Source of the DNA: an uncultured Methanosarcinales archaeon
GTDB lineage: Archaea > Nanobdellota > Nanobdellia > Woesearchaeales > JAGWAF01
Length of the DNA: 64,000 nt
Direction of reading: 5' to 3'
Assembly: GCA_964359785.1 (NCBI GenBank)
Contig: CAYHWL010000001.1
Coordinates: forward strand, 2,422 to 66,421
The notes below the pieces were generated by a model. The model made no database searches. It saw nothing but the letters and a program-made list of their open reading frames with translations, and was not told the origin of the DNA. Both the position numbers and the translations under genes were made by a program. Shown here piece by piece: positions 1-8,891 of this stretch; the first letter of the stretch is position 1, and every line of letters begins with the position of its first letter.

Positions 1-130
1 TGGATTATCGTTTCGACAGGGACTTTTAGCATCACATACCACCTTTATTGAGGTGACACGGCTAGAATATTTAATTGTTTGGAAACGCGGTGGAATAACA
101 TTTATATAACCAGATGCCTGCAAGAATCTC

Positions 131-436
131 ATGCAAACAAGGGACTTAGGAGAATTGATAACTGTGGTCTTGTTAGTTTCATTTGTCTTGTCCATGCTCC
201 CGCAGTATTCGGGTGCCTACGCGGTCTCTATGAGCATCAGGGATCCTTTGAACGCTGATTCGAGAGGTATTACGACTAATTGCCTCACAGGTATCCAGCG
301 TACATACTGCACCGGCAGCATTCTATTCACAGATTGTTTAGACCAAAAAGAGGGCGTTGTGAAAAGATACTGCAAGGATGGTTGTTTCACAAATGGCATG
401 AGCCATTGCGGCAGATGGATTTCTGGTATCCAATGA
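131..436 (+). CDS. hypothetical small Cys-rich protein with N-terminal hydrophobic segment
   Basis: 101-aa ORF with an N-terminal hydrophobic helix (LITVVLLVSFVLSML) and a Cys-rich C-terminus. It is the only plus-strand ORF in a minus-strand array, so it may be spurious. Confidence 0.25.
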   Translation: MQTRDLGELITVVLLVSFVLSMLPQYSGAYAVSMSIRDPLNADSRGITTNCLTGIQRTYCTGSILFTDCLDQKEGVVKRYCKDGCFTNGMSHCGRWISGIQ

Positions 437-456
437 AGGTTTCCAAAGCAGGACTA

Positions 457-1575
457 TTAAGCTAACACCTTGATGTCCTGCGTGCTTGTTATGGTTTGTT
501 GTTGACTCATTATCTTTATCACAGCCTGATATGGTGGTCTTGGGGATTCCATTGTTCCTCTTGCGATATACTCGTCCGCATTGCTTTCAAGTGTATCGGC
601 ATTCTCGCATTTGTCTCCAAGGCATATCTGCGCAGTGAACTTGTCATATGGCACTTTGATCCTTGCGCGATAATCTGCTTTGTCTCCTTCTTTCAACGCG
701 AGCGCGGTGTTTCCCACTCCTGTGGAAGGCAGTCCATTGACCATAAATGAGGTTATCTCGATAGGCGCCGACGCTGGGATATACACTGCAAATGAGTACC
801 GGATAGGATCATTCTTGAGCACGCCTTTGACGTTGTGCGCATGGCTTGTTTTTGTCTCTACGCAAAAGGTGTAGACGCGGTCATCAGTGAGTGGATTGCC
901 CGTGCACGCGCCAAGCGTCCAGTGCAATCGGTCATTGTCTAGTGGGCCAATTATGTTGTTCACGCAGAGGCTAGGATCATTCCCGTTGCACTCATCTCTT
1001 ATTCTCTCTATGCCATCACTTATTGTCTTATAGTCCCCTATGTCATAATCTACCCTGATATGGAAATCATTTTCTCCAGACAATCTTCCTCTTTTGTCGG
1101 AATAGCTTATCACTATCCTATCATCGCTTGTCCCATAGACATCGAGCATGTCATTTTGCATCACGCTGACGTATTTGATTGGGATGATGGTCTCGGGATA
1201 TGACATCAGCAGAGGGTTCATGTTCTTGAGTATCAATTTGGATAATGTTTCAGCGGTTTTGGTGATGCATGTGCCTGGGCCATTGCTTTGCGTCGCGTAG
1301 ATTGGTATCCCTTGGTTCCAGCCGCAGGAGCTTGTTCCCATCATGGCCAAGTCGGATAGGGCATCCCTTACTGCCTCTTTGGCGGACAATTCGACGTAGT
1401 AGTGCGCATTATCAAGTTTCATCTGGGCAAGGAGAAGTTCGCTTTGTTCGTATCCTATCTGATTTGTCTGTCCTTGCAATTCCATTTTTTTCTCTGTGAT
1501 CACGAAATATGATTGCACTAGTAGCACGATAGTCAGCATGCATACCAATATGGTGAAGAGGAATCCTTTTTTCAT
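457..1575 (-). CDS. secreted or membrane-anchored hypothetical protein with a class III (pilin-like) signal peptide
   Basis: N-terminus is MKKGFLFTILVCMLTIVLLV (KKG followed by a hydrophobic helix). Its start overlaps the upstream gene stop (1572..1575), and it is the last gene of the tightly packed minus-strand array. Confidence 0.6.
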   Translation of the reverse strand: MKKGFLFTILVCMLTIVLLVQSYFVITEKKMELQGQTNQIGYEQSELLLAQMKLDNAHYYVELSAKEAVRDALSDLAMMGTSSCGWNQGIPIYATQSNGPGTCITKTAETLSKLILKNMNPLLMSYPETIIPIKYVSVMQNDMLDVYGTSDDRIVISYSDKRGRLSGENDFHIRVDYDIGDYKTISDGIERIRDECNGNDPSLCVNNIIGPLDNDRLHWTLGACTGNPLTDDRVYTFCVETKTSHAHNVKGVLKNDPIRYSFAVYIPASAPIEITSFMVNGLPSTGVGNTALALKEGDKADYRARIKVPYDKFTAQICLGDKCENADTLESNADEYIARGTMESPRPPYQAVIKIMSQQQTITSTQDIKVLA

Positions 1576-2180
1576 GGTGCCCTCTGGAGTGTCACTTTGG
1601 CGTTCTTACCATCGTACAATGGCACAAGGACGCTAGCGCTGTGCTCCTCTTGCACCACGATGGTCCTCCTTGTGCTTTTGAGTGTTGATCTTATCCCACC
1701 GTCTACACCTACATCGATGTGTACATCTGCGTATTCATCGTAAGGCGGATAGTCGACTGATATTGTCGCCCTGCCAGGGATGTGGACCGTGTCTTGTATC
1801 ATTGGTCCAAGAAAGTATGTCTGTGTCGCACGATCTAGATATCCGCCCATGTCTCCTTCATAGGGCATGGCAAGATTGGTGATGAGCATAGCGACATTCA
1901 CGCCTTCCCATATTTGGGGGTTCAAAGATAGTGTCCTGCCAAGTTTCTCATCAGTTTTTCTTAGCGTGACATCAATATCTGTTGACAATGGTGTCTTGAG
2001 CACAGCCATGAGGCTTTGGTGCGCTTCAAAATCAGTTATCTGACTGCTCAACATATTTGTCTCCACACCCGACAGATTTGTTGTGGCAAATAACACTGCA
2101 GCGAATACCAAAGCAAGGACAGTGATGACCACAGCAGTGAAATCCCCTACTGTGCTGGTGACAAAACCTAGTCGGTTCAT
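1572..2180 (-). CDS. pilin-like / FlaF-FlaG-like protein with an N-terminal TM helix
   Basis: N-terminus MNRLGFVTSTVGDFTAVVITVLALVFAAVLF. It has a 4-nt overlap with both neighbours. Confidence 0.5.
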   Translation of the reverse strand: MNRLGFVTSTVGDFTAVVITVLALVFAAVLFATTNLSGVETNMLSSQITDFEAHQSLMAVLKTPLSTDIDVTLRKTDEKLGRTLSLNPQIWEGVNVAMLITNLAMPYEGDMGGYLDRATQTYFLGPMIQDTVHIPGRATISVDYPPYDEYADVHIDVGVDGGIRSTLKSTRRTIVVQEEHSASVLVPLYDGKNAKVTLQRAP

Positions 2181-2656
2181 TGTTGCATCACCACTTCTAT
2201 TGTCACTTGGCTTGCACGGTCGCCAGGATCTTCATGTATGACCACAGGCATTGTGATTTTCTTGTAGGATGGCCCCCCCTTGATGTTTATCTGTTCTATC
2301 ATGTGTCTAAAATCATCCTTATGGTACCATCTTATCTTGTCTTCTACAGTCACTTTCACTCCCACTGTATTTGGCCGGGGATATGCCATGGCCTCATCCA
2401 TCATTGTGTCAGTCTCCTCATTTCCTAATTTGTCCCCATCAAGCACACCGGTCTGTGCGCGTAGGGTATAAGGGTCCACATAAGTGAGTTCATGTATGGC
2501 TCTTGCTGCGATTATGTCCATCCTGGTCTCTCCAAGTTCAATATTTGTGGGTGTGTTGAGCGCTATTATTCCAGCGATAGCGCTCACTACTGCGATGAGG
2601 AATATGATGCTCCATATCCATCCAATTGTCCAGCTTGCGATTGTTCCTTTGTTCAT
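2177..2656 (-). CDS. pilin-like protein (class III signal peptide-like N-terminus)
   Basis: N-terminus MNKGTIASWTIGWIWSIIFLIAVVSAIAGIIAL. Start and stop overlap neighbours by 4 nt. Confidence 0.5.
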   Translation of the reverse strand: MNKGTIASWTIGWIWSIIFLIAVVSAIAGIIALNTPTNIELGETRMDIIAARAIHELTYVDPYTLRAQTGVLDGDKLGNEETDTMMDEAMAYPRPNTVGVKVTVEDKIRWYHKDDFRHMIEQINIKGGPSYKKITMPVVIHEDPGDRASQVTIEVVMQQ

Positions 2657-3645
2657 GTCTCAAGTGTCATGCGGGTTATACGCAATGTTTTTTGGATTAG
2701 GTCTGTTGTTAGTGATGCGTCCAAGTTTATGCTTCCTATCTCGAGATACACTCCATTCTCTGCAAATTTTAGTATCTTTTTTGTGTCTTGGGCAAGATCA
2801 GGGTCGATTGGCATGGGGATGGCGTCTATCCCTTGCGCGCGTAGTGCGTTTGCGAGATGGCATGCCACGGCTGCATTCTTGGGAAAATGCAGGGATGTCC
2901 CGTCATAATCTATTATGGCTTTGTTGAGCAGATCCCCTGTGTGTATGCTCACAAGGGTTAAGCCGCTTGTTTTGATCGTTTCCTCTCTTTGGGTGGATGT
3001 GAGATATTGATCCTTCGAGAGACTTCTTGTAGTGGCAAATGTTCCCATCCCGGAGTCTAACGCGGCGGTCCTCAATATTTCAGCTTCAGTTTTTCCGGCA
3101 TTGACTTGGCCTGTGTCTACGCCGCTTGGGTTCGTCCACATCCCTCCATGTCCGATATCAAGGATGTATTTTTGGGATTCTAATTTTGGGCAGGTCAATG
3201 AGTCTAACAACATAGTAGGTTTAGTCGATATCATGCTTATTTGGTCGCCGTTTCGCATGAGCGTCATCCCTAAAGGTTTTAGCACATCCGTTGATGTGTA
3301 CTTGAGTTTCTTGCTGCCAAGATAAGGCGCACGCGTCTGTCCCACACTGGCGCGGCCGGAATTCATTGGGGTGGTCTCATATACTAGCACATCATCAGAT
3401 AGCCGGTAATTGAATTTTTCAAGTGATGGGGGGGTGTAGAAGAGCGCTGTGTTTTCCGCCAGGGGGATGACACTTAGCAATAACGCCAGATCGTTGGAGA
3501 GATATGTCTTTGCGAAGTAGGTGTTTTCTTGTATGGGTTTTAGGAATTGGCCGTATAGCACGACGCCTACCATCAGCACGAGCCCTATTTCGAAGAGCAC
3601 CATTGTGGTGTCGAAAAGTTCTGTCTGCGCCCGTCTGTTTAGCAT
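2653..3645 (-). CDS. pilin-like protein, start moved to internal ATG (MLNRRAQTELFDTTMVLFEIGLVLMVGVV)
   Basis: The internal Met at 3643..3645 gives a class III-like N-terminus RRAQ followed by a hydrophobic helix. The upstream gene's stop (TAA, 3639..3641) is 1 nt away. The longer 378-aa ORF in the track would overlap the upstream gene by 150 nt. Confidence 0.55.
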   Translation of the reverse strand: MLNRRAQTELFDTTMVLFEIGLVLMVGVVLYGQFLKPIQENTYFAKTYLSNDLALLLSVIPLAENTALFYTPPSLEKFNYRLSDDVLVYETTPMNSGRASVGQTRAPYLGSKKLKYTSTDVLKPLGMTLMRNGDQISMISTKPTMLLDSLTCPKLESQKYILDIGHGGMWTNPSGVDTGQVNAGKTEAEILRTAALDSGMGTFATTRSLSKDQYLTSTQREETIKTSGLTLVSIHTGDLLNKAIIDYDGTSLHFPKNAAVACHLANALRAQGIDAIPMPIDPDLAQDTKKILKFAENGVYLEIGSINLDASLTTDLIQKTLRITRMTLET

Positions 3646-5591
3646 TTTTCCCCCAGTTGGAAGTGCGAAGGATTCTTCTTGTTTTTTCCAAATCCGTTGT
3701 GGCACATCGACTCTTGTAGGACGGCAAGTGTTGTTTTCCCGATTGGTTCGACATCGACTGCGGTTCCAGCGCCATGTCCTGCAGAACAAGTAGGCATTGA
3801 TTCAGTGTGTCCTAGCAAGAATGATTTCTGCGCATTTTCTTGTGTTTGATATGCCAAAAGCACATTTAGCCCATAGCTTCCTGTGCTGCTTTGTTCTGCG
3901 GCTTTCGCGGAAAGGCTGCTTCTGGCGCCATTCAATGCCTTGACTAGTTCTGGGCTTCCCCGGCAGTCTTGCGCGTTGCAGTCGACTTCGATGTTCTTGA
4001 GTGCAGGTTGTGGACATTTGACTGCGGCTTGAGAGATCATCTTATCACTCAAGAGATCTTTGCACATCTTGAACACCTCATCATTGAGGATGTTTCTTGC
4101 GCATGCTTCTTCAATTATGTCTCTTATCTTGAGATTAGATGATTTATCAGTTAAGACAAGCGTGTTATCTATTCTAAGCGCGATTGCGTGATGAGTGATA
4201 GCCAAGACGGGCTTGTCTGTTCTTTGATATGACATCCCAAGGTATCCTTCTGCCAGGCCAAGATTGCCTGATTCCTTGTGCCGCGTCAGGTATTCTGTGA
4301 ATTTCGTGATCGCCAGTTTATAGTCGCCAGAATCAAACGCGCTTCTTGCTAGCAGCATATCCACGCTCTCGACTCCGCCAGGTAATCTCGTCACCTCACT
4401 TTCGACAGTTCTTATCAGATTTTGGAGTCGTGTCTGTGTCTGTGTATTTGGGGTTGCGAATCCTTTTGCGGTCCGCGCAAGCGTGCTTGCCCGTATCAAG
4501 GCATCTTTGCGGATATCTGTATTCTCGGTCTTGCTTGCCTCAAGGTAGAAACTTAACGCGTCCACAGAGACGAGCGCACTTGGTCTGTCAGCGTCTTGCA
4601 TTGGGACATTAGGGAACCCGAATTTGGGATAGAGATCGACTATGACAGCAGGTGGACTGCGCAGTGCGGCGGTTAGTGTATCTCCCGCGATTATCCTTGT
4701 CTTTGCGACGAATTCGGATTCATCGCCTCGTAGCTGCCAGACTAAGCGCAAGTCTTTGAAAAGTCTCTCATATGCTCTTTGCGCAAGTAGATTCTCAAGG
4801 TCACTGATGTCTGTCTGGTATTTGATGCGCAATGTCTCCGAACGTTTCCTCTCCTGGGCCCGATCGCTTCCAAAGAACATGTAGGTCTGTCCTTTGTGGA
4901 TCAATTTCTCGAGATACACTATACGAGTCATCGAGGGTACCGTTCCCGCCGCAGGATCACATGCTCCAAAGTAGACCAAATCGCTTGGTTGAGGTTGATA
5001 ATCAGGCACGGCGAAATTGATGAGTCCGGTATCCACGGCTCCACGATAATTGTCTACTTGCGGGTCGTCTAGGATTTTCCCGCTGTCTATCCTCTCAAAA
5101 GCGCCTTGCCGGTAATCGCTTGAGTATAGCACGTCTGCGTCTATTGTCCGGCATGCCGGGTTGCCTGTTGGGACCCTTTGTGAAGTGGTGGTGATCTTTA
5201 CGCGAGTGCCAGTGACTGTGTTTATGGTCTTTTGGGTATCATAAAGACAGACGCATGCCTTGCCATGCTTGCATCCGCTTGGTCTAGTGAGTATGAATTG
5301 TTCTCCGCAAGCTCCACTCACGGTCTCTTGATTCTTGCCAAATCCCACAAGCACTTTTTCAGGATCTACGAAATATGGTATGGTGGTCGTGCTTAACGTT
5401 TTCTTATCTAGTGTGAGTTCGGTCATTTTGGCGGCGAGCGTATTTAGGTTCATCTCGCTTGTCTCGCTTTGCGCTCCAAAGAAGATGTCATACACGCCTC
5501 CTCCAAATATGAAAAGTGTTGTGATGGTCGTGAGCATCAAGGCTAACACAGCCAGCTCCAATAATGATATGCTCGTGACCCCTCTTTCCAT
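3639..5591 (-). CDS. large (650 aa) pilin-like secreted protein
   Basis: N-terminus MERGVTSISLLELAVLALMLTTITTLFIF (RG followed by a hydrophobic helix). The rest is large and Cys-containing, with no recognised catalytic motifs. Confidence 0.6.
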   Translation of the reverse strand: MERGVTSISLLELAVLALMLTTITTLFIFGGGVYDIFFGAQSETSEMNLNTLAAKMTELTLDKKTLSTTTIPYFVDPEKVLVGFGKNQETVSGACGEQFILTRPSGCKHGKACVCLYDTQKTINTVTGTRVKITTTSQRVPTGNPACRTIDADVLYSSDYRQGAFERIDSGKILDDPQVDNYRGAVDTGLINFAVPDYQPQPSDLVYFGACDPAAGTVPSMTRIVYLEKLIHKGQTYMFFGSDRAQERKRSETLRIKYQTDISDLENLLAQRAYERLFKDLRLVWQLRGDESEFVAKTRIIAGDTLTAALRSPPAVIVDLYPKFGFPNVPMQDADRPSALVSVDALSFYLEASKTENTDIRKDALIRASTLARTAKGFATPNTQTQTRLQNLIRTVESEVTRLPGGVESVDMLLARSAFDSGDYKLAITKFTEYLTRHKESGNLGLAEGYLGMSYQRTDKPVLAITHHAIALRIDNTLVLTDKSSNLKIRDIIEEACARNILNDEVFKMCKDLLSDKMISQAAVKCPQPALKNIEVDCNAQDCRGSPELVKALNGARSSLSAKAAEQSSTGSYGLNVLLAYQTQENAQKSFLLGHTESMPTCSAGHGAGTAVDVEPIGKTTLAVLQESMCHNGFGKNKKNPSHFQLGEKC

Positions 5592-5647
5592 GCCAAAATC
5601 AATGCCGATTTTGATTTATAAACTATTCGACGAGAGAAACAATATCT

Positions 5648-6139
5648 TCAAGGGGGTGTTGGGGTGAGCACGAAAGCAGGGATCTTGCATGGAGGCATAT
5701 TTTGGATGGCGCCCTGCGACTCTTTGCACTTGCCTTTCATATCTCTTTGACAATAGCTATCCTTTGAGTTCCATGGGTCTACATCGCATGCGTCGGGCAT
5801 CCCATCTTTGTCATAATCACATTGGTTTGACCCTCTTGCCTGTCGCAATTTATCTCCGGTTGAACCTGCCCCTTTCTCGGCAAGGATGCAAAAGTCGCAT
5901 TTATCAGGTGCGCAGTCTCCGTCTTTGTCATCATCTGTTATTTTACATTGCTCGTTTTGCTTCACGCCAAATCCGACACAGCTCATATATTGTTGATGAT
6001 ATGTCAATGGTTGAGTGTTTGCGAGTATCACATTGCTCTCCTTTGAGAGGAATGGAATGATTATGATCATGAGAAAGGCGCCAAGTATGAAATATACTAT
6101 GCTTCCGACAGTCATCTCTACGCCGCGTCGATTCATCAT
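5648..6139 (-). CDS. Cys-rich pilin-like protein with DxDxDG (TSP3-like) Ca-binding motifs
   Basis: N-terminus MMNRRGVEMTVGSIVYFILGAFLMIIIIPFL. Motifs DDDKDGDCAPDKCDFC and DYDKDGMPDACD are present. Start ATGs at 6134..6139 overlap the upstream gene's TGA at 6136..6138. Confidence 0.55.
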   Translation of the reverse strand: MMNRRGVEMTVGSIVYFILGAFLMIIIIPFLSKESNVILANTQPLTYHQQYMSCVGFGVKQNEQCKITDDDKDGDCAPDKCDFCILAEKGAGSTGDKLRQARGSNQCDYDKDGMPDACDVDPWNSKDSYCQRDMKGKCKESQGAIQNMPPCKIPAFVLTPTPP

Positions 6140-6378
6140 TTTACAAGACAGCATTTTTGTTTTATTGAGGCGACATCAGGGCATACGAATTGTTTTGCGG
6201 GCACAGCGCAATCAGAGGTTTCTGCCATGCAGGCCCCGTTCTTCTGCTCGCAGCTATTCACGTTTGTTTGGAAGTTTCCTGTCTGTTTTGTGAGGATTAG
6301 CCCCAAAACAAGCAACACTAATAACACGAGCACTGCGATGACTATTGTCGATAATGCCAATTCTTGTCCTTTTCGCAT
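6136..6378 (-). CDS. small archaeal type IV pilin (class III signal peptide), candidate major pilin
   Basis: N-terminus MRKGQELALSTIVIAVLVLLVLLVLGLIL (KG|Q followed by a hydrophobic helix). 80 aa with a Cys-rich C-terminus (…KCCLVK). It is a paralog of the 8565..8846 gene. Confidence 0.7.
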   Translation of the reverse strand: MRKGQELALSTIVIAVLVLLVLLVLGLILTKQTGNFQTNVNSCEQKNGACMAETSDCAVPAKQFVCPDVASIKQKCCLVK

Positions 6379-6413
6379 ATGAATTCACTTCCAAAGTGGG
6401 TTTTTATGTCTTG

Positions 6414-6563
6414 CTATGGTTTGAGTTTGCTGATCATGTCCACCCCTCCTTGGGCCAAATTGTAGGGCTTCTGTCCGAATATGTACAACAAGATCACAAC
6501 GGCTACTAGCATCAAGATTATCTCGATTATATGATCCATGATGATATTGCCTTTCTTGTTCAT
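6414..6563 (-). CDS. 49-aa pilin-like mini-protein (not in the ORF track)
   Basis: Hand translation gives MNKKGNIIMDHIIEIILMLVAVVILLYIFGQKPYNLAQGGVDMISKLKP with stop TAG at 6414..6416. Its start ATG (6561..6563) overlaps the upstream gene's TGA in an ATGA arrangement. It is paralogous to the adjacent 49-aa gene. Confidence 0.45.
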   Translation of the reverse strand: MNKKGNIIMDHIIEIILMLVAVVILLYIFGQKPYNLAQGGVDMISKLKP

Positions 6564-6709
6564 GGCATAAGCCTCCATCCGGAGACAATCGTCTTGAATC
6601 CTCCTTGTTCATATGCGAGAATCATTAATAGCACTAGCAATAACACGGCCACAAGGATGAATTCGCCAAGGTGATCCATTACGATGCTTCCTTTATGGTT
6701 CCTTCCCAT
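6560..6709 (-). CDS. 49-aa pilin-like mini-protein (not in the ORF track)
   Basis: Hand translation gives MGRNHKGSIVMDHLGEFILVAVLLLVLLMILAYEQGGFKTIVSGWRLMP with stop TGA at 6560..6562. It shares the motif KGxIxMDHxxExIL with its tandem paralog. Confidence 0.45.
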   Translation of the reverse strand: MGRNHKGSIVMDHLGEFILVAVLLLVLLMILAYEQGGFKTIVSGWRLMP

Positions 6710-6744
6710 ACCTTTCCAATGAGATCCAATCTTCTTAATGATTT

Positions 6745-7659
6745 CTATTTAGTGCGCACTTCAGTGCATCCCATCCTCTCCAAAGAATTTCTTTCAAGCG
6801 GAACGAACCATACGCTTGAATACCATTGGAATTGGGTGCTCTTCACGTAGGTGCTTAGCACGGTGGGTATCATGCTTCCTAGGGCCAGCAGTCCTCCTTT
6901 GAACTGCAACGCTCCCCCAACAGCCACCCCCGTGTATTGCAACATTGCCACGCCTGTCCACGCACTTGCTGCGATGACAGCCCCTCCTGTATACATGACT
7001 CCAAGGCCCATGATAGCCCCAGCGGCAGGAATTAGCGCCGTCTGTAGTGTATCAGTGAATACATCAAGAGAATCTCTTCCTTTGGCATGATAGAATATGA
7101 CCGCGTATTGGTCTTGTTTTGTCGGATCTATATAGTCTGCTGTTTTATGTTTCTCGAGCTGGCTCAACACCTCATTGGAGAATGTGGCGACACCTGCAAG
7201 TGATTCAGCGTAAGTCTTGGTCGATCCTGGTATCTTGGTAGAGAATAGATAACTATTCATTCCCGCTAACGTATTTTTCTTGTCAGAGAAATCGACATAG
7301 TCGCAGATCTGGCAATAAGCGCCAGGTCCACCATACAGTTCCAGTTTTCCATTGCCAAATTGGTTAAAACAAGTCATCATCGACTGTGCTATCCGCGTTT
7401 TAGCCTCCCTCTGACTGCTTTCACTTGAAAGGTCCCCGATCTTCACATTTCGGACAGGACAGTTGAGTTTTGCAGGAAAATCATAGAGTTTGGTGTGGAA
7501 GCTTGCCGCGGTGTAGACGCTGTCCCTGCATTTCTCATAGGGTATCCTCTCGTCGATAGCTTGTTGGACGTTTGAGAAGTATATCATTGCCATCAGAAGT
7601 ATCACGACAGTGACGGCCAGAGCCACGACGCTAGGCATCGTTATGTCCCCTTTTCTCAT
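6745..7659 (-). CDS. pilin-like protein, start at internal ATG (MRKGDITMPSVVALAVTVVILLMAMIYF)
   Basis: The internal ATG at 7657..7659 overlaps the upstream stop TGA at 7656..7658 (ATGA). The N-terminus is a class III-like signal (RKGD followed by a hydrophobic helix). Confidence 0.55.
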   Translation of the reverse strand: MRKGDITMPSVVALAVTVVILLMAMIYFSNVQQAIDERIPYEKCRDSVYTAASFHTKLYDFPAKLNCPVRNVKIGDLSSESSQREAKTRIAQSMMTCFNQFGNGKLELYGGPGAYCQICDYVDFSDKKNTLAGMNSYLFSTKIPGSTKTYAESLAGVATFSNEVLSQLEKHKTADYIDPTKQDQYAVIFYHAKGRDSLDVFTDTLQTALIPAAGAIMGLGVMYTGGAVIAASAWTGVAMLQYTGVAVGGALQFKGGLLALGSMIPTVLSTYVKSTQFQWYSSVWFVPLERNSLERMGCTEVRTK

Positions 7660-8384
7660 TTTGGCTCCGTTGACAGTTGATAATATTCCTGACAAGCTAG
7701 ATTTGGTACGGTTTCAGTGGGTACAAACACGAGATGGCTCTGCGGTTTGTCATCCACTATCCTGCTTAGAAAGACGATCTCATGGGGTACTCCTTTTTGT
7801 ATGACACTCAAAGGTCGGACTGGCGCGTCCTGTCCAGGTAATGGGATATCGTTTAGCACCGGATTGAGGAACATATTTATGACAGAGAGTTTTCCAAACG
7901 AGGTGTCCAGATAATCTGAATATGTGATCTTGTCGTTTCCCAATAGTTTTGTCTTGGCAAGGTATTGTTTCATCTCTCCGACGGGTACGTCGCTCCCAAG
8001 TGTTATCCGTGAACAATCCAGACAATAGATTTCTCCGCTTCGCACCATCCGTGCCAGCTGATTCTTATTCCCATTCATCTTATCCCAGCAGTTGCGTAAT
8101 TCTTCGGCGATTTTTATCTTGAGTTCAAGATTCTCTCCATTGAGTGTCAATTTATTATAGGGGCAGTTGAGCACAGGCGGGTTGAATCCTTTCTTGAAGA
8201 GGCTCGATCCTGCTCCAGTGGGTTCGAGATAGTTGCTCCGCAGAACCACGCTTGTTTTGCACAATAAGGAGGGTGTGGCTTCATTCACAGATCCTTTATA
8301 CCATTGCGTCACGCCAGCTAGACCGATGATGACGACTAGCACGATTATCATCTCGACCAAAGTATACGCCTGTCCTTTCATCAC
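7656..8384 (-). CDS. pilin-like protein (MMKGQAYTLVEMIIVLVVIIGLAGV)
   Basis: The N-terminus has KG|QAYTLVEM followed by a hydrophobic helix, resembling type IV prepilins. It is the first gene of the lower array. The start is GTG at 8384 or ATG at 8381. Confidence 0.6.
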   Translation of the reverse strand: MMKGQAYTLVEMIIVLVVIIGLAGVTQWYKGSVNEATPSLLCKTSVVLRSNYLEPTGAGSSLFKKGFNPPVLNCPYNKLTLNGENLELKIKIAEELRNCWDKMNGNKNQLARMVRSGEIYCLDCSRITLGSDVPVGEMKQYLAKTKLLGNDKITYSDYLDTSFGKLSVINMFLNPVLNDIPLPGQDAPVRPLSVIQKGVPHEIVFLSRIVDDKPQSHLVFVPTETVPNLACQEYYQLSTEPK

Positions 8385-8564
8385 GGCCCCACTAGGATTT
8401 TCGAGAATATGAGCCCTATGATGATGATGACTATCGATGCTAATATCATCATGACTAGTGACATCGATCCGCCTTCAACGACTTCAGACATGGGCTATTG
8501 GGCGTTTTGTCGATATAAATATGTTTGCAGAAAAAATAGAGATGAAAAATATCAAAGAGAAGTT

Positions 8565-8846
8565 TCAGGCTTTCGATTTACAGCAACAGCGTGAGCCTTC
8601 CTGCACATCTGTGATGAATGCGCTTAGCTCATTTTCTCCGTCAAGACATGCCGTCCCTCTCACTGTCCCGCTCTCAAAATTTCGGGATTGACAGTTCGAT
8701 AAGCATGTGTTGGATTCGACTTTGGAGACCCCACCGCCGAATTTTGCTAGTTTTCCTGTGAATATCGCCACTAGGACCACTAGTACGATTAGCGCGATTG
8801 CCGCGACAACGATGACTGTGACTGATAATTCTTGTCCTTTTGCCAT
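8565..8846 (-). CDS. small archaeal type IV pilin (class III signal peptide)
   Basis: N-terminus MAKGQELSVTVIVVAAIALIVLVVLVAIF. 93 aa with a Cys-rich C-terminus (…RCCCKSKA). It is a paralog of 6136..6378. A TATA box lies about 25 nt upstream. Confidence 0.7.
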   Translation of the reverse strand: MAKGQELSVTVIVVAAIALIVLVVLVAIFTGKLAKFGGGVSKVESNTCLSNCQSRNFESGTVRGTACLDGENELSAFITDVQEGSRCCCKSKA

Positions 8847-8867
8847 ATTGGGGGATTCCGATATTCG

Positions 8868-8880
8868 ATTATATAAACAT
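8868..8880 (-). promoter_or_regulatory. TATA box (tttatataa on the minus strand) about 25-30 nt upstream of the pilin ATG; leaderless promoter
   Basis: Reverse complement of 8847..8900 reads …ggcgtaatgtTTATATAAtcgaatatcggaatcccccaatATG. Confidence 0.4.
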
Positions 8881-8891
8881 TACGCCTGCGC

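Noticed and set aside
2180-2927. Plus-strand ORFs 2180..2428, 2484..2927 and 2492..2908
   Set aside because: They are antisense to contiguous pilin-like genes with class III signal peptides. These are shadow ORFs.
8409-8691. Plus-strand ORFs 8409..8594 and 8458..8691 between pilin genes
   Set aside because: They are opposite to the local transcription direction, overlap the pilin promoter and 5' region, and have no features. The minus-strand hydrophobic mini-ORF is more plausible there.
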